Shown here in pieces: positions 20,942 to 29,135 of a DNA stretch of 44,768 nt. A program made the position numbers and the translations under genes. This stretch comes from Candidatus Eiseniibacteriota bacterium (lineage in GTDB: Bacteria > Eisenbacteria > RBG-16-71-46), in contig JBGAOA010000036.1 of the NCBI GenBank assembly GCA_044222065.1, positions 1 to 44,768 of the forward strand, in the 5' to 3' direction. The notes under the pieces were generated by a model. That model did not search any database. It was not told the origin of the DNA and saw only the letters and a list, made by a program, of their open reading frames with translations. Every line of letters begins with the position of its first letter. The first letter of the stretch is position 1.

Positions 20942-20970
20942 ACGGCGGCCCCTCGGAGAGGAGCCGCCGT
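20942..20970 (-). terminator. GC-rich hairpin after the membrane sensor-like gene (possible terminator)
   Basis: ACGGCGGCTCCTC-TCC-GAGGGGCCGCCGT on the minus strand; no U tract. Confidence 0.45.
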
Positions 20971-20985
20971 GGCGTGAAGCCGGGC

Positions 20986-21762
20986 TCAGGCCGCGCGCGC
21001 GCGGCCCGGCGCCTCGAGTTCCGCCTCGGCCTTCGCCTCGACCGCGCTCCAGTAGCGCCGCAGTCCGTCGACGGCGCGCGCGAGCGGCAGCAGCACGAGC
21101 AGCGTGCCGCCCATGCCGATGTCCGAGTAGTGCGTCGCGAGCAGCGCGCCGAGCGAGAAGATGCCGCCGGTCGAGACCCATTCGAAGCCGTGGCCGAAGC
21201 ACGAGCGCCACGCGCGCCACATCGACGTGCGCTCGCCCACCGCCATCGCGACCGTGACGGCGCCGCGATTGACCGCGTAGTACATGAGGCCCGGCAGCAG
21301 GAACACCTGCAGCTGCATGCTCGAGAGCGACTGGAGCAGCGTGCGGTCGCCGGGCTGCAACGAATGGAACAGCAGGTTCGCGAGTCCGACCGCGATCGCG
21401 GTCTGCGCGCTGTTGAAGAGCCAGCGCATCGGCGACTTCCGCATGCCGAACGCCTCGCCGAGCGCCGTCGCGCCCGCGGCCGCCGCCATCGCGGGGCCCA
21501 TCGGCAGCACGAGCGCCGCGGCGAAGTTGAAGCACGACGCCATGCTGATCGTCATGTTCGCGAACGGCACGCGCACCCACAGCAGTTCGCCGACGAGACA
21601 CGCGACGAGCCAGAAGCCGAAGTCGGCGCCGGCCTCGAAGGGGCCCGAAAGCGCGAACACGCCCGCGGCGCCGGCGAGCGCGAAGCCGACCAGGAGCCAC
21701 AGCTCCGGCCGCTTCACGTCGAGCCGCTCGGTGGCGGCCGCCTCGGTCGTGTTCCGGATCAT
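20986..21762 (-). CDS. Stand-alone multi-TM protein resembling the MASE-type N-terminal sensor domain of HD-GYP/GGDEF proteins
   Basis: ATG 21762 with GGAGG SD; about 7-8 hydrophobic segments; 'TISMASCFNFAAALVLP.GPAM', 'RWLFNSAQ', 'YYAVNRGAV', 'LLVLLPL'; no catalytic domain follows. Confidence 0.6.
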   Translation of the reverse strand: MIRNTTEAAATERLDVKRPELWLLVGFALAGAAGVFALSGPFEAGADFGFWLVACLVGELLWVRVPFANMTISMASCFNFAAALVLPMGPAMAAAAGATALGEAFGMRKSPMRWLFNSAQTAIAVGLANLLFHSLQPGDRTLLQSLSSMQLQVFLLPGLMYYAVNRGAVTVAMAVGERTSMWRAWRSCFGHGFEWVSTGGIFSLGALLATHYSDIGMGGTLLVLLPLARAVDGLRRYWSAVEAKAEAELEAPGRARAA

Positions 21763-21799
21763 CGCGTCTCGTCCTCCCGTTTCGGACGTCGGCCGCCGG

Positions 21800-22384
21800 C
21801 TACCAGCCGGCCTTGCTCTTGAAGACGTGGTCGACCTTGTACTCCGAGAAGTGCGGCAGCTGCGCCGAGACCGTCTTCTTCTCGGGATTCGCGTAGGAAT
21901 CCACCGGCACCCATTCCTGCTGCGCCGGGTCCCACCAGAAGATGCCCAGCTCACGCACGTCCTCGTCCGATTTGCTCACGTCGAACTCGAGCGTGACCGG
22001 CACGTCGAAGTGGTTCTTCTCCGCGGGCAGGATCTCGAGCTGGCAGCGGAGCCGCGCGGGATCCGGCTGGCGCACGTGGATCTCGGCGGCGCCCGCGAAA
22101 GCGCCCGGCGGCACGAGGAGCGTGACGTCACCGTTGCGGACGACCTGGCCGACCGCGCCGTCCACGACCCGCGCCACTTCATCGGAGACCGAGTCCCCGG
22201 GGGGCGCCGGCGGCGGCAGCGTGACCGGCGGCCCGCCGAGGAGGCCCTCGGCGGGCGCCGCCGAGACGTCCGCGCTCGCGCCGGGCTGGACTCGCGGCGC
22301 AGTCGGCAGCGCCGAGCAACCCGCGAGCGCGAGCAGGACGAGGACCGAGGCGAGACCCTGGAGGTGGCGAGGCGAGAGCTTCAT
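21800..22384 (-). CDS. Lipoprotein with ZU5-like domain and C-terminal HFS motif
   Basis: ATG 22384 with AAGGAG SD; lipobox LAGC; Pro-rich linker; 'VTLLVPPGAF', 'FDVPVTLEF', 'IFWWD....EW', 'LPHFSEY'; ends KSKAGW. Confidence 0.7.
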   Translation of the reverse strand: MKLSPRHLQGLASVLVLLALAGCSALPTAPRVQPGASADVSAAPAEGLLGGPPVTLPPPAPPGDSVSDEVARVVDGAVGQVVRNGDVTLLVPPGAFAGAAEIHVRQPDPARLRCQLEILPAEKNHFDVPVTLEFDVSKSDEDVRELGIFWWDPAQQEWVPVDSYANPEKKTVSAQLPHFSEYKVDHVFKSKAGW

Positions 22385-22468
22385 CGAAGAGGGCTCCTTG
22401 CGGACCGGTGACTCGCGGGGGATCTCACGCAAACTCCCCCGCAAACGATGCGTTCACCAGGGACAGGC

Positions 22469-22484
22469 TGCAGGGCCCGTGCCG
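22469..22484 (-). promoter_or_regulatory. Putative sigma54 -24/-12 promoter
   Basis: Minus strand CGGCACG-GGCC-CTGCA, i.e. GG-N10-GC with the GGCACG core, about 85 nt upstream of the lipoprotein ATG. Confidence 0.55.
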
Positions 22485-22524
22485 CGCGCCTCCCCGCGCC
22501 GTGCGGAGCGGGTCCCCCCCTCGA

Positions 22525-22537
22525 AATCAACGCGTTA
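22525..22537. promoter_or_regulatory. Putative IHF-binding site
   Basis: AATCAA-CGCG-TTA is an exact match to WATCAANNNNTTR in a very GC-rich background, 40 nt upstream of the -24 box. Confidence 0.55.
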
Positions 22538-22700
22538 CGAGGGCGTTTCCCGCCGCCGCGGCCGATCGCAACGCGTGCAATGGCGGGGCGCAATCGAGCG
22601 ACGCGGCGAACGCCCCAGCGCTGGCGGATTCGCCCCAGCCGGGAAATGGCGCGCGGGCGGCGCCGAAGCCGGCGCCGCCCGCGCATCCCGCCCGCTGCGC

Positions 22701-24167
22701 TCAGCGCAGCTTCGTCGGCGTGACGATCTTCACGGTCTCCCCGGGCCGCACCTCTTCATCGAGTGCGAGGTTGTTGAGGATCGCCGTCTCTTCCGCGTCG
22801 ATCCCCTGCGCCCCGAACCTCGGCAGCACCTCGGACAGCGCCCCCTGCACGCCGACGCGCGCGAGCTTCACGCGCGAGGGCGTCGGGTTCAGCCGGTTCG
22901 AGTCCGTGAGCCGCCGCATCGAGCGCATGCTGTCGAAGATCGTGTTCTCGAGCGGGTCGCCCTGCGCCGCCGTGACGCCGAGCACCTGGATCATCGGCTC
23001 GCCGCCCCGCTGCACGAACGCCGTCGCGAGCCGCCGCCGCTGTCCGGCCGCGTCGGCGACCTCGAGGCGTCCGACCCACGCGGGCCAGCCCGCGAGCGTC
23101 TCGCTCCGGCCGTCCATGCCGAGAGCCTTGCCGGCGTTGACGAGCTGCGTCACGTACTCGACGGGCGGACGCCCCATCACTTCGCCGAGCGTCATCTGCA
23201 TCTGCGCGCGCTGCTCGGGCGCGACCGCGACGAGCGCCGTGTGCGTGTCCTGCGTCTGCCAGCCGCCGGGGAATTGCATCTCGAGCGCGAGCCCGGGGTG
23301 GTAGTAGCGGCCGCCGTCGAAGTAGCCCTGCCGCGGATCGCGGCCGTACACCATGCCGTCGAGCCGCTGCAAATAGGAGCGTCCGTTCACGCGCAGGTCC
23401 GTGCGCCCCGCCACCGCCTGGACGGCGAGCGCGCGCGTGCGCACCTCGCGGTCGCCCGGATCGGGATGCGTCGAGAGGAACGCCGGCAGCCGCTGGCCCG
23501 CGCGCTCGCCGACGCGCTTGAGCATCGCGTAGGTCGCCGGGATCTCGCGCGCGTCCCACCCGGCCTTCGTCGAGTACTGCACGCCGAGTTCGTCGGCCTG
23601 CGTCTCGTCGTCGCGCCCGTACTTGAGCAGCAGCAGCGACAGCCCCTGCTGCGCCGCGTCGCTGTACTTGCGGAACGTCTCGCTGAAGACCGACGCGAGC
23701 CCGAGGCCGAGCCCCGCGATCTGGCGCTGCGTCATCTGGCGCGCGCCGTGACGGGCGGTGACGTGCCCGATCTCGTGGCCGAGCACGCCGGCGAGCTGCG
23801 CTTCGGAGTTCAGGTGCGAGAGGATTCCGCGCGTGATGTACACGTAGCCGCCCGGCGTCGCGAACGCGTTCACGACCGGATCGTCGAGCACGGTGAAGTG
23901 CCACTGCAGGTTCGGCAGGTGCGAGTTGCGCGCGAGCGCCTGCCCGATGCTGTCCACGTAGGCCTGCGCCCTGGGGTCGTCGTAGAGGCCGTACTCGGAC
24001 AGGATCGCGGTGTGGCCTTCGCTGCCGATCTTCAATTCCTGGTCGGCGCTGACGAGCGACAGTTCCGAACGACCGGTGACGGGATTCGTCGCGCAGCCGG
24101 TCGTGCCGGCGAGCGCGAACGCGAGCGCGAGCAGCACGCCCGCACGGATCAGCGATGTGCGGTTCAT
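22701..24167 (-). CDS. M48 family zinc metalloprotease, lipoprotein
   Basis: Signal ending TTGC-ATNPVTG, VNAFATPGGYVYITRG, HEIGH zinc motif, ETQADELG, FLSTHPDP. Confidence 0.92.
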   Translation of the reverse strand: MNRTSLIRAGVLLALAFALAGTTGCATNPVTGRSELSLVSADQELKIGSEGHTAILSEYGLYDDPRAQAYVDSIGQALARNSHLPNLQWHFTVLDDPVVNAFATPGGYVYITRGILSHLNSEAQLAGVLGHEIGHVTARHGARQMTQRQIAGLGLGLASVFSETFRKYSDAAQQGLSLLLLKYGRDDETQADELGVQYSTKAGWDAREIPATYAMLKRVGERAGQRLPAFLSTHPDPGDREVRTRALAVQAVAGRTDLRVNGRSYLQRLDGMVYGRDPRQGYFDGGRYYHPGLALEMQFPGGWQTQDTHTALVAVAPEQRAQMQMTLGEVMGRPPVEYVTQLVNAGKALGMDGRSETLAGWPAWVGRLEVADAAGQRRRLATAFVQRGGEPMIQVLGVTAAQGDPLENTIFDSMRSMRRLTDSNRLNPTPSRVKLARVGVQGALSEVLPRFGAQGIDAEETAILNNLALDEEVRPGETVKIVTPTKLR

Positions 24168-24216
24168 GTGGCGAAGTAAAGCCGCGCGTCCTTGCTCCGT
24201 CAATCCCCGGCGTCGC

Positions 24217-25385
24217 TCAGTAGCGCGGCACGCGGCGGTCCACGTCGGTGGACCACGCGTCGATGCCGCCGTGGAGCGAACGCGCGCGCGCGAAGCCGTG
24301 CGCGCGCAGCCAGCGCGCGGCGGCGAGGCTGCGCACGCCGTGGTGGCAGAGGCACACGATCTCGCTCGCGCGGTCCAGCTCGCCGGCGCGCGATTCGAGC
24401 GTCGCGAGCGGCACGAGGCGCGCGCCGTCGAGCGCGCGCGATCTGGTGCTCGAACGGCTCGCGCACGTCGAGCAGCGCGACCGCGTCGCCGCGCGCGAGC
24501 CGGTCCGCGAGTTCGCGCCTCGATCTCGAGCGGCAGCTCCCCCGGCGATGCGGCGGGCGGCGGCTCGGCGCCGAGACCGCAGAACGCCTCGTAGTCGACG
24601 AGCTCGCGAATCGTCGGGCGCTCGCCGCACAGCGGGCACTCCGGGTCCTTGCGCAGCGTCAACTCGCGGAAGCGCATGCCGAGCGCGTCGAACAACAGCA
24701 GCCGGCCGACGAGCGGATCGCCGATCCCGGTCGCGAGCTTCACGGTCTCGATCGCCTGCACGGTGCCGAGGATGCCGGGCAGCACGCCGAGCACGCCGCC
24801 TTCGGCGCACGACGGCACCATGCCGGGCGGCGGCGGATCCGGGTACAGGCAGCGGTAGCAGGGCCCGCGCGCGGCGTCGAACACGCTCGCCTGGCCTTCG
24901 AAGCGGAAGATGCTCGCGTGCGCGTTCGGCTTCCCGAGCAGCACGCATGCGTCGTTCACGAGGTAGCGCGTCGGGAAGTTGTCGGTGCCGTCGGCGATCA
25001 CGTCGTAGCGCGCGAGGATCTCGAGCGCGTTCTCGCTCGTGAGCCGCGCTTCGTACGGTTCGAGCCGCACGTCGGGATTGAGGTCGCGCAGCCGTTTCAT
25101 CGCGGACTCGAGCTTCGGCCGGCCGACGTCGGACGTGCCGTGCAGGATCTGGCGCTGCAGGTTCGACGCGTCCACGGCGTCGAAGTCCACGAGCCCCATG
25201 CGCCCGATGCCCGCCGCGGCGAGGTAGAGCGCGAGCGGCGAGCCGAGCCCGCCGACGCCGACGACGAGCACGCTCGCGGCCTTGAGCCGGCGCTGGCCCT
25301 CGAGGCCGAACTCGGGCAGCACGAAGTGGCGGCTGTAGCGGCGCAGTTCGTCGGGAGTGAAATCGGGGATCGCGCCGGTCGTCAT
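24217..25385 (-). CDS. moeB: MoeB/ThiF adenylyltransferase with C-terminal rhodanese domain (MoeZ type); two apparent frameshifts near 24515 and 24436
   Basis: RRYSRH, GVGGLGS, SNLQRQI, DGTDNF, CYRC, SCAEGGVLG, CPLC; rhodanese motifs LLDVRE and CHHGVRS...GGIDAW lie in two other frames. Confidence 0.88.
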
Positions 25386-25506
25386 GTCGCTCGAGTCTCC
25401 TCGGATTCGGTGGAGCGGCCGATGGGCGCGCAGTGTAGGGCGCGGCGCGCCGCCGATCCATCGGCGCCGCCGTGCGCGCTTCGGTCGTTCGTGTAGGATG
25501 CCGCGC

Positions 25507-26484
25507 GTGATCCTCGCCGCCGACGTCGGAGGGACGAAGACCCGGCTCGCGTTGTTCGAACGCGGCGCCGGCGCGCGCACGCCCGTGCGCGAGGCGCGCG
25601 TTCCGAGCCGCGACCACGCGTCGCTCGAGGCGCTCACGCGCGAGTTCCTCGGCGACTCCGGCACGAAGGTGACGCACGCCGCGTTCGGCATCGCCGGCCC
25701 CGTGATCGATCAGAAGGTCGAGACGACGAACCTGCCCTGGCGCGTGGACGGCCGCCGCGTCGGCGAGGCGCTCGGCGGCGCCGAAGTGCGGCTGCTGAAC
25801 GATCTCGAAGCGACCGCGTACGGCCTCGAGCACCTCGGCGAGAAGGACCTCGCGACGCTGCAAGGCGGCTCGCGCCACCTCGCCCACCGCGCGCTCATTG
25901 CGGCCGGCACCGGGCTCGGCGAGGCGTACCTGTTCCGCGACGGGCTCCGCTGGATGCCGTCGCCCTCCGAGGGCGGACACGTCGACTTCGGCCCGCGCGA
26001 CGCGCTGGAAGTCGAATTGCTCGCGTGGCTGCGCGCGCGCTACGGACACGTGAGCTACGAGCGCGTGCTCTCGGGCCCGGGGCTCGCCGACCTCTACCGC
26101 TTCTTCACGCACGCGCGACGCGGTGACGAACCGGCGGCGTTCGCCGCGCGTTTCACCGCCGCCGCCGATCCCGCGGCCGAGGTCACCGCGGGTGCCGCCG
26201 ACGGCTCGTGCGAACGCGCGCGGCTCGTCGTCGAGCGCTTCTGCGAGATCTACGGCGCCGAGGCGGGCAACCTCGCGCTCAAGGCGCTCGCGGTCGGCGG
26301 CGTGTTCGTCGGCGGCGGCATCGCGCCGCGCATCCTTCCGTTCCTCGAGCGCGGCGGCTTCGTGCGCGCGTTCGCCGACAAGGGACGGCTCGCGCCGCTG
26401 CTCGCCTCGATCCCGATCGCGGTCGTGCTCGACGACCGCACGGCGCTGTGGGGCGCGGCGGCGGTCGCGCTCGCGCTCGCCTGA
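25507..26484 (+). CDS. glk: Glucokinase
   Basis: ILAADVGGTKT, FGIAGPV, TNLPW, LLNDLEA, GTGLGEA, SEGGHVDF, SYERVLSGPGL, GGGIAP; start GTG 25507 or ATG 25498. Confidence 0.95.
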   Translation: MILAADVGGTKTRLALFERGAGARTPVREARVPSRDHASLEALTREFLGDSGTKVTHAAFGIAGPVIDQKVETTNLPWRVDGRRVGEALGGAEVRLLNDLEATAYGLEHLGEKDLATLQGGSRHLAHRALIAAGTGLGEAYLFRDGLRWMPSPSEGGHVDFGPRDALEVELLAWLRARYGHVSYERVLSGPGLADLYRFFTHARRGDEPAAFAARFTAAADPAAEVTAGAADGSCERARLVVERFCEIYGAEAGNLALKALAVGGVFVGGGIAPRILPFLERGGFVRAFADKGRLAPLLASIPIAVVLDDRTALWGAAAVALALA

Positions 26485-26572
26485 ACCCGCGCCGGTCCGA
26501 TCGTCGCCGGGTGCCGCGATCCTGACGGGAATCGAACAATTGCCGGCCCGCCGCTCGGGCACCCTCGCGCGC

Positions 26573-27106
26573 ATGTTCCCCCGACCGCTCCTCGCCGCAC
26601 TCGCGCTCGCCGGCGCTCTCGCGCTCGCGGGCTGCGGTTCCGGCTCCGCTCCCGCCGCGAAATCCGCGCCGCAAGAGCCGCTGACTCTCGTGCGCGCCCG
26701 CGCCGCCGACGTGCACGCGGCCGTCGCCGCACCCGGCGCGAAGGCGACGCTCGTCAACGTGTGGGCGACGTGGTGCGCGCCGTGCCGCGAGGAGATGCCG
26801 GCGCTCGTCGCGACCGCCGAGCGCTACCGCGAGCGCGGCGTGCGCGTCGTGTTCGTGTCCGCCGATTTCGACACCGCCTCGCCGCTCGCGTTCCTCGCGA
26901 AGTACGGCGTCCACGGCCGCACGTACCTCAAGGACGGTCCCGACCTCGAGTTCATCAACGGCCTCGATCCGCAGTGGACCGGCGCGCTGCCGGCGACGCT
27001 CGTGTTCGACGGCCGAGGCCGGCGCGTCGAGTTCTGGGAGGGCGGCGCCGACGAGGCGCGCTTCTCCGCGGCTCTCGATCGCGCGCTCGCTCCCGCCGCG
27101 CCCTGA
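26573..27106 (+). CDS. TlpA/ResA-family thiol-disulfide reductase, lipoprotein
   Basis: Lipobox LAGC, VNVWATWCAPCREEMP, GALPATL. Confidence 0.9.
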   Translation: MFPRPLLAALALAGALALAGCGSGSAPAAKSAPQEPLTLVRARAADVHAAVAAPGAKATLVNVWATWCAPCREEMPALVATAERYRERGVRVVFVSADFDTASPLAFLAKYGVHGRTYLKDGPDLEFINGLDPQWTGALPATLVFDGRGRRVEFWEGGADEARFSAALDRALAPAAP

Positions 27107-27128
27107 CCCGCCACCGGAGGACACTCAC

Positions 27129-27749
27129 ATGACTCGCTCGCTACGACTCGCCCTCGCGCCCGTCCTGCTCGCCGCCCCGCTCGCAGCCGCGGCGTTCGCG
27201 GACCCGCTCGCGCTCGGCGCGCCCGCGCCCAGGGCCGACGTCAAGATGAAGAGCGTGGACGGCAAGGAACTCTCGATCGCGAACGTGCAGGGCAAGAAGG
27301 GCACGCTCGTCGTGTTCTCGTGCAACCACTGCCCGTGGGCGCAGGCGTGGGAATCGCGCATCGTCGAGCTCGGGAACACCTACGCGAAGCGCGGCATCGG
27401 CGTGATCGTCATCAACGCGAACGATCCGGCCGCCTATCCCGAGGACGGCTTCGACGTAATGGTGAAGCGTGCGAAGGAGCGCAAGATGGCCTACCCCTAC
27501 GTCGTGGACGCCACGTCCGACGTGGCGCGCGCGTTCGGCGCCTCGAAGACGCCCGAGGCGTTCCTCTTCGGCGCCGACGGCAAGCTCGTCTACCGCGGCA
27601 CGGTGGACGACAACGCGCGCGAACCCGAGAAGGTCGAGAAGCGCTGGCTCAAGGACGCGCTCGAGGCGGTCTCGAGCGGCAAGCCGGTCCCCGTCGCCGA
27701 CACGAAGGCGTTCGGCTGCTCGATCAAATTCCGCGGCGCCGCTTCCTAG
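27129..27749 (+). CDS. Exported thioredoxin-fold (AhpC/TSA-like) protein
   Basis: GGAGG SD, signal peptide, FSCNHCPW, INAND, TPEAFLF, YRGTVDD, GCSIK. Confidence 0.9.
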   Translation: MTRSLRLALAPVLLAAPLAAAAFADPLALGAPAPRADVKMKSVDGKELSIANVQGKKGTLVVFSCNHCPWAQAWESRIVELGNTYAKRGIGVIVINANDPAAYPEDGFDVMVKRAKERKMAYPYVVDATSDVARAFGASKTPEAFLFGADGKLVYRGTVDDNAREPEKVEKRWLKDALEAVSSGKPVPVADTKAFGCSIKFRGAAS

Positions 27750-27872
27750 GCTCCGTTTGAAAACTCGAGTGCAAGGCGGCGAGGGAGTGAGGAACGAGGT
27801 GTATCCGCAGGATACTCCGCAGTGACGAACGACCGAGTCAACGCCACAATCGGATTTTCAAACGGAGCCTAG
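27746..27872. mobile_element. 127-bp MITE-like / ERIC-like palindromic element
   Basis: Perfect 18-bp terminal inverted repeats CTAGGCTCCGTTTGAAAA (27746-27763) and TTTTCAAACGGAGCCTAG (27855-27872); central hairpin GTATCC-GCA-GGATAC; lower GC than flanks. Confidence 0.75.
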
Positions 27873-27887
27873 CCCGCGTTCGACGAG

Positions 27888-27918
27888 ACGAGCCCCGCCC
27901 GCATCGGGCGGGGCTCGT
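27888..27918 (+). terminator. 14-bp perfect hairpin, probable terminator of the thioredoxin genes
   Basis: ACGAGCCCCGCCCG-CAT-CGGGCGGGGCTCGT; weak T tail. Confidence 0.55.
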
Positions 27919-27992
27919 TGCGTTCCGGTCGTTCGCGGCGCATCTTCCCGGCGAGTGTTTCGCCGCGGTCCGTGACCCGTCCGGAGGATGCG

Positions 27993-29135
27993 ATGAAATC
28001 CCGCGCCCATCAGCTGTTCGATCTCGGTCAGAGCATCTGGTTCGACTTCATCCGCCGCGGGCACCTCGTGTCCGGGGAATTCGACGCCCTCGTGCGCGAC
28101 AGCGGCGTCGTCGGCGTGACGAGCAACCCGACGATCTTCCAGCAGGCGATCGCCGACAGCCGCGACTACGACGAGGCGCTCGCGAAGGGCGTCGCCGCCG
28201 GACTCTCGGGCGTCGCGCTGTTCGAGTCGCTCGCGATCGAGGACATCCGCATGGCGTGCGACCGTCTCGCCGACGTCGCGCAGCGCACCTCGTATCGGGA
28301 CGGCCGGGTGAGCATCGAGGTCAACCCCACGAAGGCGCACGACACGGCGGGCACGATCGAAGAGGGGCGGCGCCTGCACCGCGAAGTGGCGCGGGAGAAC
28401 GTGATGATCAAGGTGCCCGCCACGCGCGAGGGGCTGCCCGCGATCACCGCGCTCACGGCCGACGGCATCAGCGTGAACGTCACGCTGATCTTCTCGAACG
28501 CGCGCTACGCCGAGGTGATTGACGCCTACCTCGCCGGCCTCGAACAGCGCGCCGCGGCCGGGCGTCCGCTCGACCGCACGTTCAGCGTCGCCTCGTTCTT
28601 CGTCTCGCGCGTGGACACGAAGGTGGACAAGGCGATCGAAGCCCGGCTCGCGACGCTGCCCGCGGGCTCGACCGAGCGCGCCGAACTCGAGGGCCTGCGC
28701 GGCCAGGCGGCGGTCGCGAACGCGCGGCTCGCGTACGCGCTCTACGAATCGCGCATGAAGGGCCCGCGCTTCGCACCGCTCGCGACGAAGGGCGCGAATT
28801 CGCAGCGGCCGCTGTGGGCCTCGACCGGCACGAAGAATCCGGCCTACCCCGACACGCTGTACGTGGACGAACTCGTCGGACCCGAGACCGTGAACACGGT
28901 GCCGCCCGCGACGCTCACGGCGTTCAACGACCACGGCCGCGTCGAATCGCGCATCCGTCACGACGTGGACGGCGCGAAGCGCGTGTTCTCGCGCCTGCCG
29001 GCGCTCGGCGTGCCGCTCGACGCACTGATCGCCGAACTCGAGCCCGAAGGCGTGACGGCGTTCGTCAAGTCGTTCGAGACGCTGCTCGCCGCGATCGAGA
29101 CGCGGCGCGCCCAGATGGCCGGGAGCGGGCGTTGA
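27993..29135 (+). CDS. tal: Transaldolase (long type)
   Basis: GQSIWFD, GVTSNPTIF, VSIEV, MIKVPAT, VNVTLIFS, SVASFFVSRVD, RPLWASTGTKNP; GGAGG SD. Confidence 0.96.
   Translation: MKSRAHQLFDLGQSIWFDFIRRGHLVSGEFDALVRDSGVVGVTSNPTIFQQAIADSRDYDEALAKGVAAGLSGVALFESLAIEDIRMACDRLADVAQRTSYRDGRVSIEVNPTKAHDTAGTIEEGRRLHREVARENVMIKVPATREGLPAITALTADGISVNVTLIFSNARYAEVIDAYLAGLEQRAAAGRPLDRTFSVASFFVSRVDTKVDKAIEARLATLPAGSTERAELEGLRGQAAVANARLAYALYESRMKGPRFAPLATKGANSQRPLWASTGTKNPAYPDTLYVDELVGPETVNTVPPATLTAFNDHGRVESRIRHDVDGAKRVFSRLPALGVPLDALIAELEPEGVTAFVKSFETLLAAIETRRAQMAGSGR

Noticed and set aside
22701..25691. 996-aa apparent MoeB-M48 protease fusion in the ORF track
   Set aside because: It results from the frameshift near 24515; M48 has its own ATG and lipoprotein signal at 24167 and the rhodanese domain ends at 24217.
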